64,000 nucleotides of DNA from Octopus sinensis (Eukaryota): NCBI RefSeq assembly GCF_006345805.1, contig NC_043015.1:49848001-49912000 (forward strand), written 5' to 3'. Both the position numbers and the translations under genes were made by a program. The notes under the pieces are model-generated. The model was not told the DNA's origin, searched no databases, and saw nothing but the letters and a program-made list of their open reading frames with translations. Below are positions 25,424 to 37,079 of this stretch, one piece after another; position 1 is the first letter of the stretch; every line of letters begins with the position of its first letter.

Positions 25424-25643
25424 CCCTTTAGTGTTCAAATTAATATGTCAAAAGTAATCCTTATTCATTTACATTTTAAAATATTAATCTGGGATTATCT
25501 TGTAACGTCAAGATTTGAAAGATGTAATTGTTTATTTTTAGAATGACATTGCAGGGTAGGTGTGAGATGCTGTTTCTGGCCAGTTTGAGCATAAAATGAG
25601 TAGAATATTCAGGCCGGATACAGCCGGTTTAAACACCAAAGGG
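25424..25643. mobile_element. piggyBac-like MITE, second family
   Basis: TTAA|CCCTTTAGTGTT...AACACCAAAGGG|TTAA. Confidence 0.85.
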
Positions 25644-25934
25644 TTAAGTCTGTGGTACGCTCAGCCACTTGCATGTTAATTTCACAAGCAGGCTGTTCTG
25701 TTGACCAGATCAGCTGGAAGCCCCGTCATCATAACTGACAGAGTGCTGGTTTCTTTTCCGTTTTTTTTCCCCCAATGAAACGAAAGGCCAACAATAGCTT
25801 GTACGTATCTTAGAAACCAGGATAAGCTTCAGCCTCAAGACAGGCTTTAATTTATCGCTACAGAGCAAGAGTGAATCACTAGTCCTGTTGAATTTGAAAT
25901 AAAACTATGAGCAAATGTGTGTAAGTATTTATAT

Positions 25935-26130
25935 GTACAGGCACGTAAAAAGCACCCACTACACTCACGGAGTGGTTGGCATTAGGAAGGGCATCCAGCC
26001 GTAGAAACATTACCAGATCAGACTGGAGCCTGGTGCAGCCTCCTGGCTTCCCAGACCCTGGTTGAACCATCCAACCCATGCTAGCATGGAAAATGGGCGT
26101 TAAATGATGACGACGATGATGATGATGAAG
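25935..26130 (+). mobile_element. RTE 3' UTR fragment with (GAT)n tail
   Basis: Same as 345-712. Confidence 0.8.
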
Positions 26131-26730
26131 TGCAACACCAACTTTCGGTACATTGATGATCCAGAACCTCTTATAATCCACTTTAATTAACAAGTAGGAA
26201 CTTCAGATTCCTGCAGCTGATTGTATAGCTTATTGGTTCCTGGCATAGACTAGTTTCTTGCACAGTACATTTTTAAAAAGCTTACCATTCTTCAGGGCAC
26301 TAATGAGAGAGGGCAAATGAGAGGTAGACAGAGAAAAATCTTGATTTGACAACACCAAGGACTGGACGGGTCACAACACAGAGAACCTGCAACGTATGAC
26401 AGAAAACAAAGACCAGTGGCAACAGCTAAATGTGAAAGCATCTAGTGTGGCACTCCAACAACTGGCTGCAGCAGGGATCTTCACAATCATCATTTTCTCC
26501 GGTCATTCTCAAAAGGGGTTCATTTGATTTTTGGGTGTCCATATAAGATTTTGTTTTTAACATTTAGGTGCATTAAATGCAAAAAATATTTTAGCAATTT
26601 TTTAAATATAATTTCTTATAATAATATATAAATAAATTAATTATCAGAATTTTACTTTGTTTTACAGATGGAAATAAATTAGAGTAAGCCAATAGTTTTT
26701 ATTTTTCTATAATTTTTATGTGCATAACAA

Positions 26731-27134
26731 GGCGCAGGAGTGGCTGTGTGGTAAGTAGCTTGCTTACCAACCACATGGTTCTGGGTTCAGTCCCACTGCG
26801 TGGCACCTTGGGTAAGTGTCTTCTACTATAGCTTTGGGCTGACCAAAGTCTTGTGAATGGATTTGGTAGACAGAAACTGAAAGAAGCCCATCGTATATAT
26901 GTATATATGTGTGTGTGTATATGTTTGTATGTCTGTGTTTGTCCCCCTAGCATTGCTTGACAACTGATGCTGGTGTGTTTATGTCCCCGTAACATAGTAG
27001 TTCAGCAAGAGACACCGATAGAATAAGTACTAGGCTTATAAAGAATAAGTCCTGGGGTCGATTTGTTTGACTAATGGCGGTGCTCCAGCATGGCCACAGT
27101 CAAATGACTGAAACAAGTAAAAGAGTAAAAGAGT
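26731..27134 (+). mobile_element. SINE family A, full length (resembles described Octopus tRNA-derived SINEs)
   Basis: GGCGCAGGAGTGGCTGTGTGGTAAG (A box), GGGTTCAGTCCC (B box), CCTTGGGTAAGTGTC core, central microsatellite, (AAGAGTA)n tail. Confidence 0.9.
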
Positions 27135-27469
27135 ATATAAGTTGGAAAGAACATAACATGATGGTATATACTTAATATTATAGGATCTACAATAAATATT
27201 CATAAATGCATAATTATTCAAAAAGATATATAATTATATTTAAGAATTATTCTAATCTATTTATGCATACTAATATAAACATCACTCTTAGTAATTAACA
27301 AGTAAATAACAAATTTACTTGGACACAGTGTGAGGCAACTGTTGTTATCGTTAGGCCTAACTCATCGTAAAGTCAATACCACCATGACCGATATCCAAAC
27401 TACAGTGGAGAAGGCTAGTCACTGGATTTGGTTAAAAAGAGACGATGATCGATGGCTAGAAGAATATTG

Positions 27470-27928
27470 GGATCTTTTCAGTTTGAACGGCAGTTTTTTC
27501 TAGCGGTGTCATATGAAATTGTCACCCATAATTATGACCCTAGAATCGATCTATTGCATTTCAATATCTTTTAGGGTTAGGGTTAGTTAGGGTTAGGGTT
27601 AGGGTTAGTTAGGGTTAGGTTTAGGGGTGGGGGAAGGGTATCGTTTTTTTCTTCACAAATGTAAATAAACCCAATCTATTTCTTAAAACGAGGGACATAT
27701 TCATACGGCACAGAATGTTTTCACCTCAATAGACGTCATTGATTGGTTGAGATTGCAGAAATTGAAGAAAAAAAACAACAACAAATATCTGACAAACTAT
27801 AGAATTTTCTCAATAAAGCCAAGAGAAAAAGATGTTTTCTAAACACATTCTACCAGTATACGAAGTTTAAAAGTGTTTAGTTATGTGGAAATTATTTTTA
27901 AAAACTGCTGGTCAAACCGAAAAGATCC
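27470..27928. mobile_element. GGATC-TIR MITE with TTAGGG array, copy 2
   Basis: TIR GGATCTTTTC..; perfect TSD GAATATTG at 27462-27469 and 27929-27936; TTAGGG/TTAG array ~27571-27626. Confidence 0.9.
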
Positions 27929-28496
27929 GAATATTGAGCTATATTTAATAACCAGTTGATCTAGCAAGCAGGGTCTCATATCAGTGAGGGGGCAGGGTGC
28001 ATTGATGCCATTGAGAGGTAGGCACCAAAACGGCGTGCATTCTTTCCTGATGACCCCATACACTTGCTGGCTTCCAGAAAGTGGAGTTCTCAACTGGTAG
28101 CACTTGCATGTGCAAGACATCAGAGGAAAATACCATTGTAAATCAATGTTTATATATTTATACATTCATTGCTAACGGAAAAATAACTGGAAGTACGTAC
28201 TTACAATAGAAATGTTTTTAATCACGACATCCACATATATATACACATAAAAATTGTAGAAAAGTAAAACTGTTGACTTACTCTAAATTATTTCCTTCTG
28301 TAAAACTGAGTAAAATTCTGTTACTTCATAGATTTATAAATTATTATCATTTTTATATGAGAAATAGCATAGTTTATAACAATCATAACTTTAAACATTT
28401 GTTCAACATCGGTGTATTTAGTAGAAACTCTTTGAATTAATAAATTGTTGATTAAAAGATTTTTTAATGTATATAGTGTGTGAATAAAATATATAC

Positions 28497-28846
28497 TCTC
28501 TCTTTTACTTGTTTCAGTCATTTAACTGCAGCCATGCTGGAGCACCGCCTTTAGTCGAGCAAATCGACCCCGGGACTTATTCTTTGTAAGCCTAGTACTT
28601 ATTCTATTGGTCTCTTTTGCTGAACTGCTAAGTTACAGGGACATAAACACACCAACATCGGTTGTCAAGCAATGTTGGGAGGACAAACACAGGCTTCTTT
28701 CAGTTTCCGTCTACCAAATCTCACAAGACTTTGGTCGGCCCGAGGCTATAGTAGAAGACACTTGCCCAAAGTACCATGCAGTGGAACTGAACCCGTAACC
28801 ATGTGGTTGGTAAGCAAGCTACTTACCACACAGCCACTCCTGCACC
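28497..28846 (-). mobile_element. SINE family A lacking the central microsatellite
   Basis: ACAAACAC joined directly to AGGCTTCTTTC at ~28690. Confidence 0.85.
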
Positions 28847-29093
28847 TATCCTTATTTATTTTTTCATAATAGTAAATAAAAATTTTAAATAAGATATATT
28901 TCCTACTCCGCCATAAATTCTTAACTTATTATATAGATTTTATGTAATAAAAATGGGTAGTGATTATTTTGGATTAAAATATCTTTAGATTAATATTATT
29001 AAAGATGCATAAGAACAGATTAAAACTGTTGTAATTGTTTTGTTTATTTGATCCATTTTATATATTTGAATTGTGGTTTCGTTTTTATTATTA

Positions 29094-29307
29094 CTCTCTC
29101 TTTTACTCTTTTACTTGTTTCAGTCATTTGACTGCGGCCATGCTGGAGCACCGCCTTCAATCGAGCAACTCGACCCCAGGACTTATTCTTTTGTAAGCCC
29201 AGTACTTATTCTATCGGTCTCTTTTGCCGAACCGCTAAGTAACGGGGATATAAACACACCAGCATCGGTTGTCAAGCAATGCTAGGGGGACAAACACAGA
29301 CACATAA

Positions 29308-29362
<55 letters not shown>

Positions 29363-29527
29363 TACGACAGGCTTCTTTCAGTTTCCGTCTACCAAATCCA
29401 CTCACAAGGCTTTGGTCGGCCCGAGGCTATAGTAGAAGACACTTGCCCAAGGTTCCATGCAGTGGGACTGAACCCGGAACCATGTGGTTGGTAAACAAGC
29501 TACTTACCACACAGCCACTCCTGCGCC
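29094..29527 (-). mobile_element. SINE family A, full length
   Basis: Colinear with 26731-27134. Confidence 0.9.
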
Positions 29528-29879
29528 TATATTATATTTATTATATTTCTAAATTATTAACGCTCATGCTTGGAAACATAGATATATTTTAAATCAGTCT
29601 ATTTTATAACTTAGCAGTCTTTGCATGAAATTTTTGTCTATCTTTTAGACAAATATTACCCTGATGAGATTCATATGCATAAATGTGAATTTTGTATAAA
29701 TTCCCTAGTGAATATGAATTGAAACAAATTGTAGGATATCTATTTGCTTAATTATTTGTTATATTATATTATATTATATTATATTTTTTCATAGTATAAT
29801 TGTATTATAATGTTAATAAATTTATAATATATCGATTACATTTCTCTATTTTCTTTAATATATATATATTTCTTTTTTT

Positions 29880-30265
29880 TTCTTTTACTTGTTTCAGTCA
29901 TTTGACTGTGGCCAGGCTGGAGCACCAACTTTAGTCGAGCAAACCGACCCCGGGACTTATTCTTTGTAAGCCTAGAACTTATTCTATTGGTCTCTTTTGC
30001 CGAACCACTAAGTGACGTGGACGTAAACACACCAGCATCGTTTGTCAAGCAATGCTAGGGGGACAAACACAGACACACAAACACACACACACATACATAT
30101 ATATATACATATATACGACAGGCTTCTTTCAGTTTCTGTCTACCAAATCCACTCACAAGGCATTGGTCGGCCCGGGGCTATAGCAGAAGATGCCACGCAG
30201 TGGGACTGAACCCGGAACCATGTGGTTGGTTAGCAAGCTACTTACCACACAGCCACTCCTGCGCC
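29880..30265 (-). mobile_element. SINE family A
   Basis: Colinear, with a small internal deletion near 30190. Confidence 0.9.
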
Positions 30266-30542
30266 TATATATATATATATATTCCTTTATTATTTTACTG
30301 TGGCGGCCATGCTGGAGCACCGCCTTTAGTCGAACAAGCCGGACTTATTCTTTGTAAGTCTAGTACTTATTCTATTGGTCTCTTTTGTTCCCCACCTTTG
30401 CTTGACGACTGATGTTGGTTTGTTTACGTCCCTGTAACATTACAGGGACGTAAACACGCCAACATCAGTTGTCAAGCAATGGTGGGGAACAAACACAAAC
30501 ACACAAATACACACACATGCACAGATATATATATATGTATAT

Positions 30543-30584
<42 letters not shown>

Positions 30585-30585
<1 letters not shown>

Positions 30586-30922
30586 TAGCAGTATCGCCCG
30601 GCGTTGCTCGGGTTTGTAAGGGAAATAACTATATAAGCATTTTTAGAGAGTTATAGCCAAAAAATGCATTAAAAATGGAAAAAAAAATTATGGTAAATTT
30701 TTTTTTAAATCGTTGACTCATCGTAGACATTTTTAGAGAGTTACTTCCCTTATATAATAGCGAAAAAATGCATTAAAATGGAAAAAAAATGATGGTAAAT
30801 TTTTTTTTAAATCACAACTATAAGATACCCGGTTTTGGTTAAACTGCACCGCAAAATGTGGGAGTAGTTAGGAATCTAAATCGTAGGAGACAGACAGCAC
30901 ACAACCTTACTTTTATATATAA

Positions 30923-30925
<3 letters not shown>
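30585..30925 (-). mobile_element. Non-autonomous Helitron-like element in (TA)n
   Basis: Minus strand: A|TC start, 3' hairpin CCCGAGCAACGCCGGG then CTAG|T; second copy at 63032-63410. Confidence 0.75.
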
Positions 30926-30953
<28 letters not shown>

Positions 30954-31729
30954 ATGGGCTTCTTTCAATTTTCATCTACCAAATACACTCACAAGGCTTT
31001 GGTCGGACCAAGGCTATAGTAGAAGACACTTGTCCAAGGTGCTACACAGTATCGGACTGAACCTAGAACCATGCGGTTGGGAAGCAAGCTTCTTAATATA
31101 TATATAGGTTCAGGAGTGGCTATGTGGTAAATAGCTTCCTTACCAACCACACGGTCATGGGTTCAGTCCCACTGCATGGCATCTTGAGCAAGTGTCTTCT
31201 ACTATAGCCTCGGGCCAACCAAAGCCTTTGCTCGACTAAAGGTGGTGCTCCAGCATGGCTCCATTTAAATGACTGAAACAAATAAAAACAAAAAAAAAAA
31301 TGCCAGGAACAACTAGTTCCGTTAATGAACTACTGCTATCAGCTGTAGTCATGGCACGTACAGACGAGATACCCAAACTAGTGAAAGACTAATGTGACCG
31401 AGATCCAAGCCAGGCGTTCATGCCATATTCCTCAATCAGGACATTTGGCACAGAAGAGTTGCACTGGTTCGGGGAAGCTGCACAATCAGATGATGGGGGA
31501 CAAATACTTGAATGAATTTGAAAAAAAGAAGATGACTCGGTGACGTAGATCGGTCTGGTGGTGATCGGGTATTTGCGAGCATTCATGTTGCCACATGTGA
31601 ATGATATGTTCTTTAGCTGTTTGACAATCCATGAGTTTGATGCTCCACTTCCATTTTGTCAACATGCAGCTCAGGTTTCAATTGAATGCTGGAGAAGAAT
31701 TTTGGCAAAGTGGGTTGAAGCGAATAGCA

Positions 31730-32003
31730 TGAGTGTGTGTGTGTGGGGGGTATAAGAAAGAGAGAAAGAGAAATAAAGAAAGAAAGAGTGTGGATGAATG
31801 TGAGTGTGTGTGTGTGTGTGTATGCGAAAGAGAGAGAGAGAGAGAGACAGAGAGAAAGAGAAGTAAAGAAAGAGTGTGGATGAATGTGAGTGTGTGTGTG
31901 TGTATGCGAAAGAGAGAGAGAGAGACAAATAAATAAAGGGTGTGGATGAATGTGTGTGTGTGTGAGAGAGAAATAAATACATAAAGAGTGTGGATGAATG
32001 TGA

Positions 32004-32036
<33 letters not shown>

Positions 32037-32213
32037 AGAGAAAGAGAGAGAGGGAGAGAGAGAGAGAGAGCAAAGGAGAAATAAAAAGTGTGGCTGAATG
32101 TGAGTGTGTGTGTGCGAAAGAGAGAGAGAGGGAGAGAGAGCAAGAGAGAGAGTGAGAAAGAGAGAGAGAGAGACAGCGAAAGACAAAGAAAGAAAGAGTG
32201 TGAATGAATGTGA

Positions 32214-32249
<36 letters not shown>

Positions 32250-32360
32250 GGAATAAATAAATAAAGGGTGTGGATGAATGTGTGTGTGGAGAGGTGAGAA
32301 AGAGAGAAAGAAATAAAGAAAGAAAGAAAGAACATTGGTGAATGTGTGTGTGTGTGTGTG
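31730..32360. repeat. Compound (GT)n/(GA)n minisatellite with recurrent anchor GTGTGGATGAATGTG
   Basis: Anchor seen about 7-8 times at irregular spacing. Confidence 0.85.
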
Positions 32361-32968
32361 TGTTTGTGAAATACCCATACTCAGTGTAACTCACATGATC
32401 TCAAAAAGCTGCCTAAAATTAAGATTAAAAAGAAAAAAAAACGACCTGCACTGGTTTCCAACTGCGCCATTTCATACCACTCTGATGGTGCTTCTCTAAC
32501 CCCACCTGATCATAAATTCTAGATAGAACCTTCCCAAAACCAATTTCAATCACTGATGGCAATCGAAAACTAAGAAAACCTAAGAGGGTTATGAATGAAC
32601 CACCAGACAGGAAGGACCAGGGCACTTCCAGACCCCCAAGCACCTTGTGCTAAAAATTCTGCCAGGTTGCTGCCTTATGTGTTTATTATAGTTATTGGTG
32701 TATGGACTCTCCTGAGCAGCGTTTCTCAAGTGGGGTTCCCCAGAGCCCTAGGGTTCCACAAAAAGTTCCTAAGGGTTCCACAAGAAAGAGTGAGATAAGC
32801 TAATGCTAATTTCATAATTGTAATTTTACTAGAAATGTACAACATATTATTGGTTATTGTAATATAGACATCATCCTATCTAACCTATTATGTTATCACA
32901 AAAATATAACAACCGTTGGGGATATATTTAGTAATGTCTGTAATTTATGGACACCCTATGTATATCAT

Positions 32969-33378
32969 CATCATTATCATCATCATCATCGTTTAACGTC
33001 CGTTTTCCGCGCTAGCACGGGTTGGACGGTTCGACCGGGGTCTGAGAAGCCAGGGGCTGCTCCAGGCTCCAGTCTGATCAGGCAGAGTTTCTACGGCTGG
33101 ATGCCCTTCCTAACGGCAACCACTCCGCGAGTGTAGTGGGTGCTTTTTACGTGCCACCTGCACAGGTGCCAGGGAGGGTCCGGCATCGGTCACAATCGGT
33201 TGGAGCTTTTAACGTGCCAGCGGCACGGAAGCCAGCTAAGGCGGCGCTGGGAACGTTTGGATGGTCTTTTTATGTGCCACCGGCACAGGAGCCAGTCGGG
33301 GCAGTGCTGGCATCTGCCACGTTCAGATGGTGCTTTTTATGTGCCACCGGCACAGAAGCCAGTCGGGGCAGCGCTGGC

Positions 33379-33380
<2 letters not shown>
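32969..33380 (-). mobile_element. RTE 3' UTR with ~65-bp internal repeats
   Basis: (CAT)n tail; GTGCTTTTTA(C/T)GTGCCACCGGCAC-like motif repeated four times. Confidence 0.8.
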
Positions 33381-33424
<44 letters not shown>

Positions 33425-33465
33425 CATACACATATGTATATGTAAATATATATATGTATAAGTAC

Positions 33466-33655
33466 ATGGCCGCCTGACTGGCTCCTGTGCCAGTGCATGT
33501 AAAAAGCACTATCGTAGTGATTGGTGTTAGGAAGGGCATCCCACTGTAGAAACACTGCCAGATCAGATTGAAGCCTGGTGCAGCCGCTGGCTCTCCAGCC
33601 CTCAGTCAAACCATCCAACCCATGCCAACATAGAAAATGGACATTAATGATGATG
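33466..33655 (+). mobile_element. RTE 3' UTR, head-to-head with the previous copy across (TA)n
   Basis: GGAAGGGCATCCCACTG...GGACATTAATGATGATG. Confidence 0.8.
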
Positions 33656-33807
33656 GTGCAAATGCCCCTTGGGAGTCAAAATGCTCCTTGGGGGTCCATA
33701 TGACCCTAGGGTTTCCATATATTTTGTTGTTAAAATTTATGCGCAATAAATTAGTTATATACATTATTCACATTCAACAGACATTTGTCCTAATCTTGTT
33801 TGTTGTT

Positions 33808-33853
33808 AACACAACGTTTCAGCTGATATACCTTCTAGCCTTCTTCAGGTGTC
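33808..33853 (-). ncRNA. Minimal type I hammerhead ribozyme motif
   Basis: Minus strand GACAC-CUGAAGA-A-GGCU(agaagguauauc)AGCU-GAAA-CG-UU-GUGUU: stem I GACAC/GUGUU, palindromic AACGUU stem III. Confidence 0.7.
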
Positions 33854-33868
33854 TTGGGGAAATGTCAT

Positions 33869-34109
33869 GGGCATACGGCGTAGTGGTTAAGAGCGCAGAC
33901 TACTAACCCCAAAATTCCGAGTGCGATTCCAAGCAGTGACCTGAACACTAACAATAATAATAATAATAATATCGAAAAATACCTTAGGAATGAGAACTCA
34001 GGTTCGAAATTTTCCCATGACACCTGAAGAAGGCTGGAGGGTTTATCAGCCGAAACAAGATGAGGACAAATATCCGTTAAATGTAAATAATGTAAATAAT
34101 GTACATAAT
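33869..34109 (+). mobile_element. tRNA-headed SINE-like element with a hammerhead-containing (Penelope-like) tail
   Basis: A box ACGGCGTAGTGG, B-box-like GAGTGCGATTCC, (TAA)n, then GACAC-CTGAAGA-A-GGCTG..CAGCC-GAAAC at 34019-34056 (stem III/I' deleted), (AATGTAAAT)n tail. Confidence 0.65.
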
Positions 34110-34158
34110 TCCTCATCTTTTAAATATAGAACTAAATTAGTTATACTTCTACAATGTG

Positions 34159-34505
34159 TGAAGGTGCATGGCTCAGTGGTTAGAGCATTGGGCTCAGAAT
34201 CATAAGGTTGTGAGTTCAAATCCCACACTGGGCTGTGTGTTGTGTTCTTGAGCAAGACACTTTATTTCACGCTGCTCCTATTCACTCAGCTGTAGAAATG
34301 AGTCGCGATGTCACTGGTGCAAAGCTGTATCGGCCCCTTTACCTTTCCCTTGCATATCATCAGTGGCATGGAGAGGCGAGGATGGTATGCATGGGGGACT
34401 GTTGGCCTTCCACAAACAACCCGTTGCTTGGACTTGTGCTTCAGAGGGTAACTTTCTAGGTGCAATCCCGTGGTCATTCTTGACCCGAGGGTTTCTTTAC
34501 CCTCT
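34159..34505 (+). mobile_element. tRNA-head CORE-like SINE
   Basis: TGGCTCAGTGG, GAGTTCAAATCCC, TTCTTGAGCAAGACACTT. Confidence 0.8.
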
Positions 34506-34726
34506 TACATCTTACAATGCACAAACTATTTAAATAATTTTTTTTTGTATATAATTCTTAATAATATTTCATTATAAAAACTCAACGGGATTTTTTGAAA
34601 CATCAAAATGGCTATGAAGGTCCATCAGAATTAAAATGGAAATCAAAAATGGTTGAGATCCACTGATCCAAGACATGTGATGTAACTCGAGAAACAGAAT
34701 AACACGAAAAAGCATGTTTGAAACTT

Positions 34727-35105
34727 TACTCTTTTACTTGTTTCAGTCATTTGACTGTGGTCATGCTGGAGCACCGCCTTTAGTTGACCAAATCGCCCCC
34801 AGGACTTATTCTTTGGAAGCCTAGTACTTATTCTATTGGTTTCTTTTGCTGAACCGCTAAGTTACGGGGATGTAAACACCCCACCATCAGTTGTCAAGTG
34901 ATGTTGTGATGTTGGGGGGACAAACACAAACACATAAACACACACACACACATATATATATATAAATATATATATATACATACGATGGGCTTCTTTCAGT
35001 TTCCGTCTACCAAATCCACTCACAAGGCTTTGGTCAGCCTGAGGCTATAGTAGAAGACACCTGCCCAAGGTGCCACGCAGTGGGAACGAACCCGGAACCA
35101 TGTGG
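34727..35105 (-). mobile_element. SINE family A
   Basis: Colinear; head interrupted at ~35105. Confidence 0.85.
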
Positions 35106-35149
35106 TTAGTAATCACTTATATTTATAGCGTTGCTGAAGCATGGAACAA

Positions 35150-35375
35150 GCTACCTGCATCAGTTGTTAGTTGCTGAGACATTGCATCCTTTAAAACCTC
35201 CATGCTTCCTAAAATCCACCAACACTACACCTGATATACCTCCTTCCATACACATGCACATCATGACTCCTACACTGTCCACTTTCCTGATTTCTGTACA
35301 TAATTCTATGTACTGTAAATGCACCTTTGACAAGTTATAGTGCACCTGAGCACTGTACACAATAATTTTATCATT
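35150..35375 (+). mobile_element. CR1 3' terminal fragment
   Basis: CAGTTGTTAGTTGCTGAGAC...GCACCTGAGCACTGTAC, same as the 49590-49700 end. Confidence 0.75.
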
Positions 35376-35521
35376 ATTTTTAATGGTTTGTATGTACTTT
35401 CACATGTATTTTGTAGGGTATTCCACTTCAAAATTGTTTTTTAGGTTTTTTGTAGTACTTTTATGCTTTTGAATATGTTTGCTGAGACTGTTGTAGAGTT
35501 GGATAAACCAACTGAAATTAA

Positions 35522-35742
35522 CCCTTTAGTGTTCACATTATTCTGCCAAAATTAATGCCTTTTCATCCACATTGTTTTGAACTAATCATGCATTATCTTG
35601 TAGCTTTGAGATTTTGATGTGGTAGCTGTTCATTTTTAAAACAACATTGTAGGGTTGGTGTGAGATACCAGATCTGGCCAGTTTGAACATAAAACAGGCA
35701 GAATACTTTTGGCCGGATATGGCCGGTTTAAATGCTAAAGGG
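35522..35742. mobile_element. piggyBac-like MITE, second family
   Basis: TTAA|CCCTTTAGTGTT...AATGCTAAAGGG|TTAA. Confidence 0.85.
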
Positions 35743-36375
35743 TTAAGGTGTATTTTTGTGTTTTTATCATTAATTTCTTTAAAAAAGCTGAAACAGACGG
35801 AACTCAAAAATGATGTAAGTTGAGGCATGCCTGTATCTAATAACAATTAGTATTAGCGGATTAAGGCTAATAATCTATGTAGTAGAGATAATGGTGGTAA
35901 TGGTGAGTGTGATGGTGGTGACGGTGGGTAGCTAATTTAATCATCTCTTGAGATTTTGTGTTTTCTTAAAAAGAAATAAATAATATAAATACTACTAACA
36001 GGGTATAATTAATTAACGAAGCACTCTACAGCTCGAACTGTCTCCATTACCTTGGTCAGGTGAAATAAATAAAAACAAGCAAAAAAAAAACAGGTGGACG
36101 ACATTGATGATGAACAAGACTTTTAATTGTTGTCATAGAAGTTTGACAACGTGTACATCAGTAATTATCGTTAAAGTAATTAATTGCCCTATGTGGTTAA
36201 AAAGCTTGCTTCCCAACCGTGTGGGCTTGAGTTCAGTCCCACTGCATGACACCTTCGGAAGTTGTTTTCCACTATAGCCCCGAGCTGACCAAAGCCTTCT
36301 GAGTGAATTCGGTAGAGGCAAACTGAAAAAAACTCATCGTGTACATGCATACATACATACATAGATACATACATA

Positions 36376-36952
36376 AATAATAATAATAATAATAATGGAA
36401 GTCTGTCGGGGTTTGACAATGACATCAGTGATACCAGAGGTAGGAGCAAAACCCAAAGGCGAACGCACAGACATGGCCACATGTTGGGCACATAACAGCA
36501 GAAGTAGGGTTGGGGATCCTCTCTTGTTGCTTCTGGTCCAGGCTCTTGAGGCACTTCCTCGAACAGCCTAACACCCTTTCGGACAGCTGGACACCAGGTG
36601 TCACAGTCAGAGGCAAGCCATTCCCAGCCATGGGCTGAAATGTCGCAGGTCTCAAGGGAAGTTTTCAGGCTGTCCTTGTATTGCCTCAGTAGCCTTCTAG
36701 GGTTTCTTGCTCCTGATGCCAGCTCAGAGAAGATCATCTTTGGTAGACATGTGTCATCCATTCGGACTAAATGTCTGACCCACCAGAGCTGGGCCTTCAT
36801 AATGAGGGCTTCGATCCCTGGCATTTCGGCTCTGCAAAGCACCTTGGTGTTGGAAACTCTGTCCTCCCAGGAAATTCCCATGATTCATCGCTAGCAGCGG
36901 AGGTGGAACTGGTCAAGTACTTGCATTTGCCTCCTATACAGCATCCACGTCG
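36376..36952 (-). mobile_element. RTE (BovB-like) LINE 3' end with C-terminal C2H2-like finger and (ATT)n tail
   Basis: FHLRC*R*IMGISWEDRVSNTKVL...RMDDTCLPKMI..YKDSLK; CPTCGHVCAFAFGFCSYLWYH. Confidence 0.9.
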
Positions 36953-37079
36953 GCAAAAGAGACCAATAGAATAAGTACTGGGCTTACAAAGAATAAGTCC
37001 TGGGGTCGATTTGCTCGACTAAAGGCGGTGCTCCAGCATGGCCGCAGTCAAATGACTGAAACAAGTAAAAGAGTAAATT

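Noticed and set aside
26731-26810. SINE heads as genuine tRNA genes (families A, B, C)
   Set aside because: They have A/B boxes but no complete cloverleaf or terminator, and continue into repeat bodies.
28040-29700. Isolated CTGATGA words (28046, 29664; also 9672, 58710, 62800)
   Set aside because: They lack a correctly placed GAAA and the flanking stems; expected by chance.
31330-31620. Complex GC-balanced stretches as exons (also 19720-19890, 27950-28150, 32400-32700, 54780-55100, 57480-57930)
   Set aside because: Short open frames with no motif I recognise and no convincing splice pairs; tBLASTx or RNA-seq would be needed.
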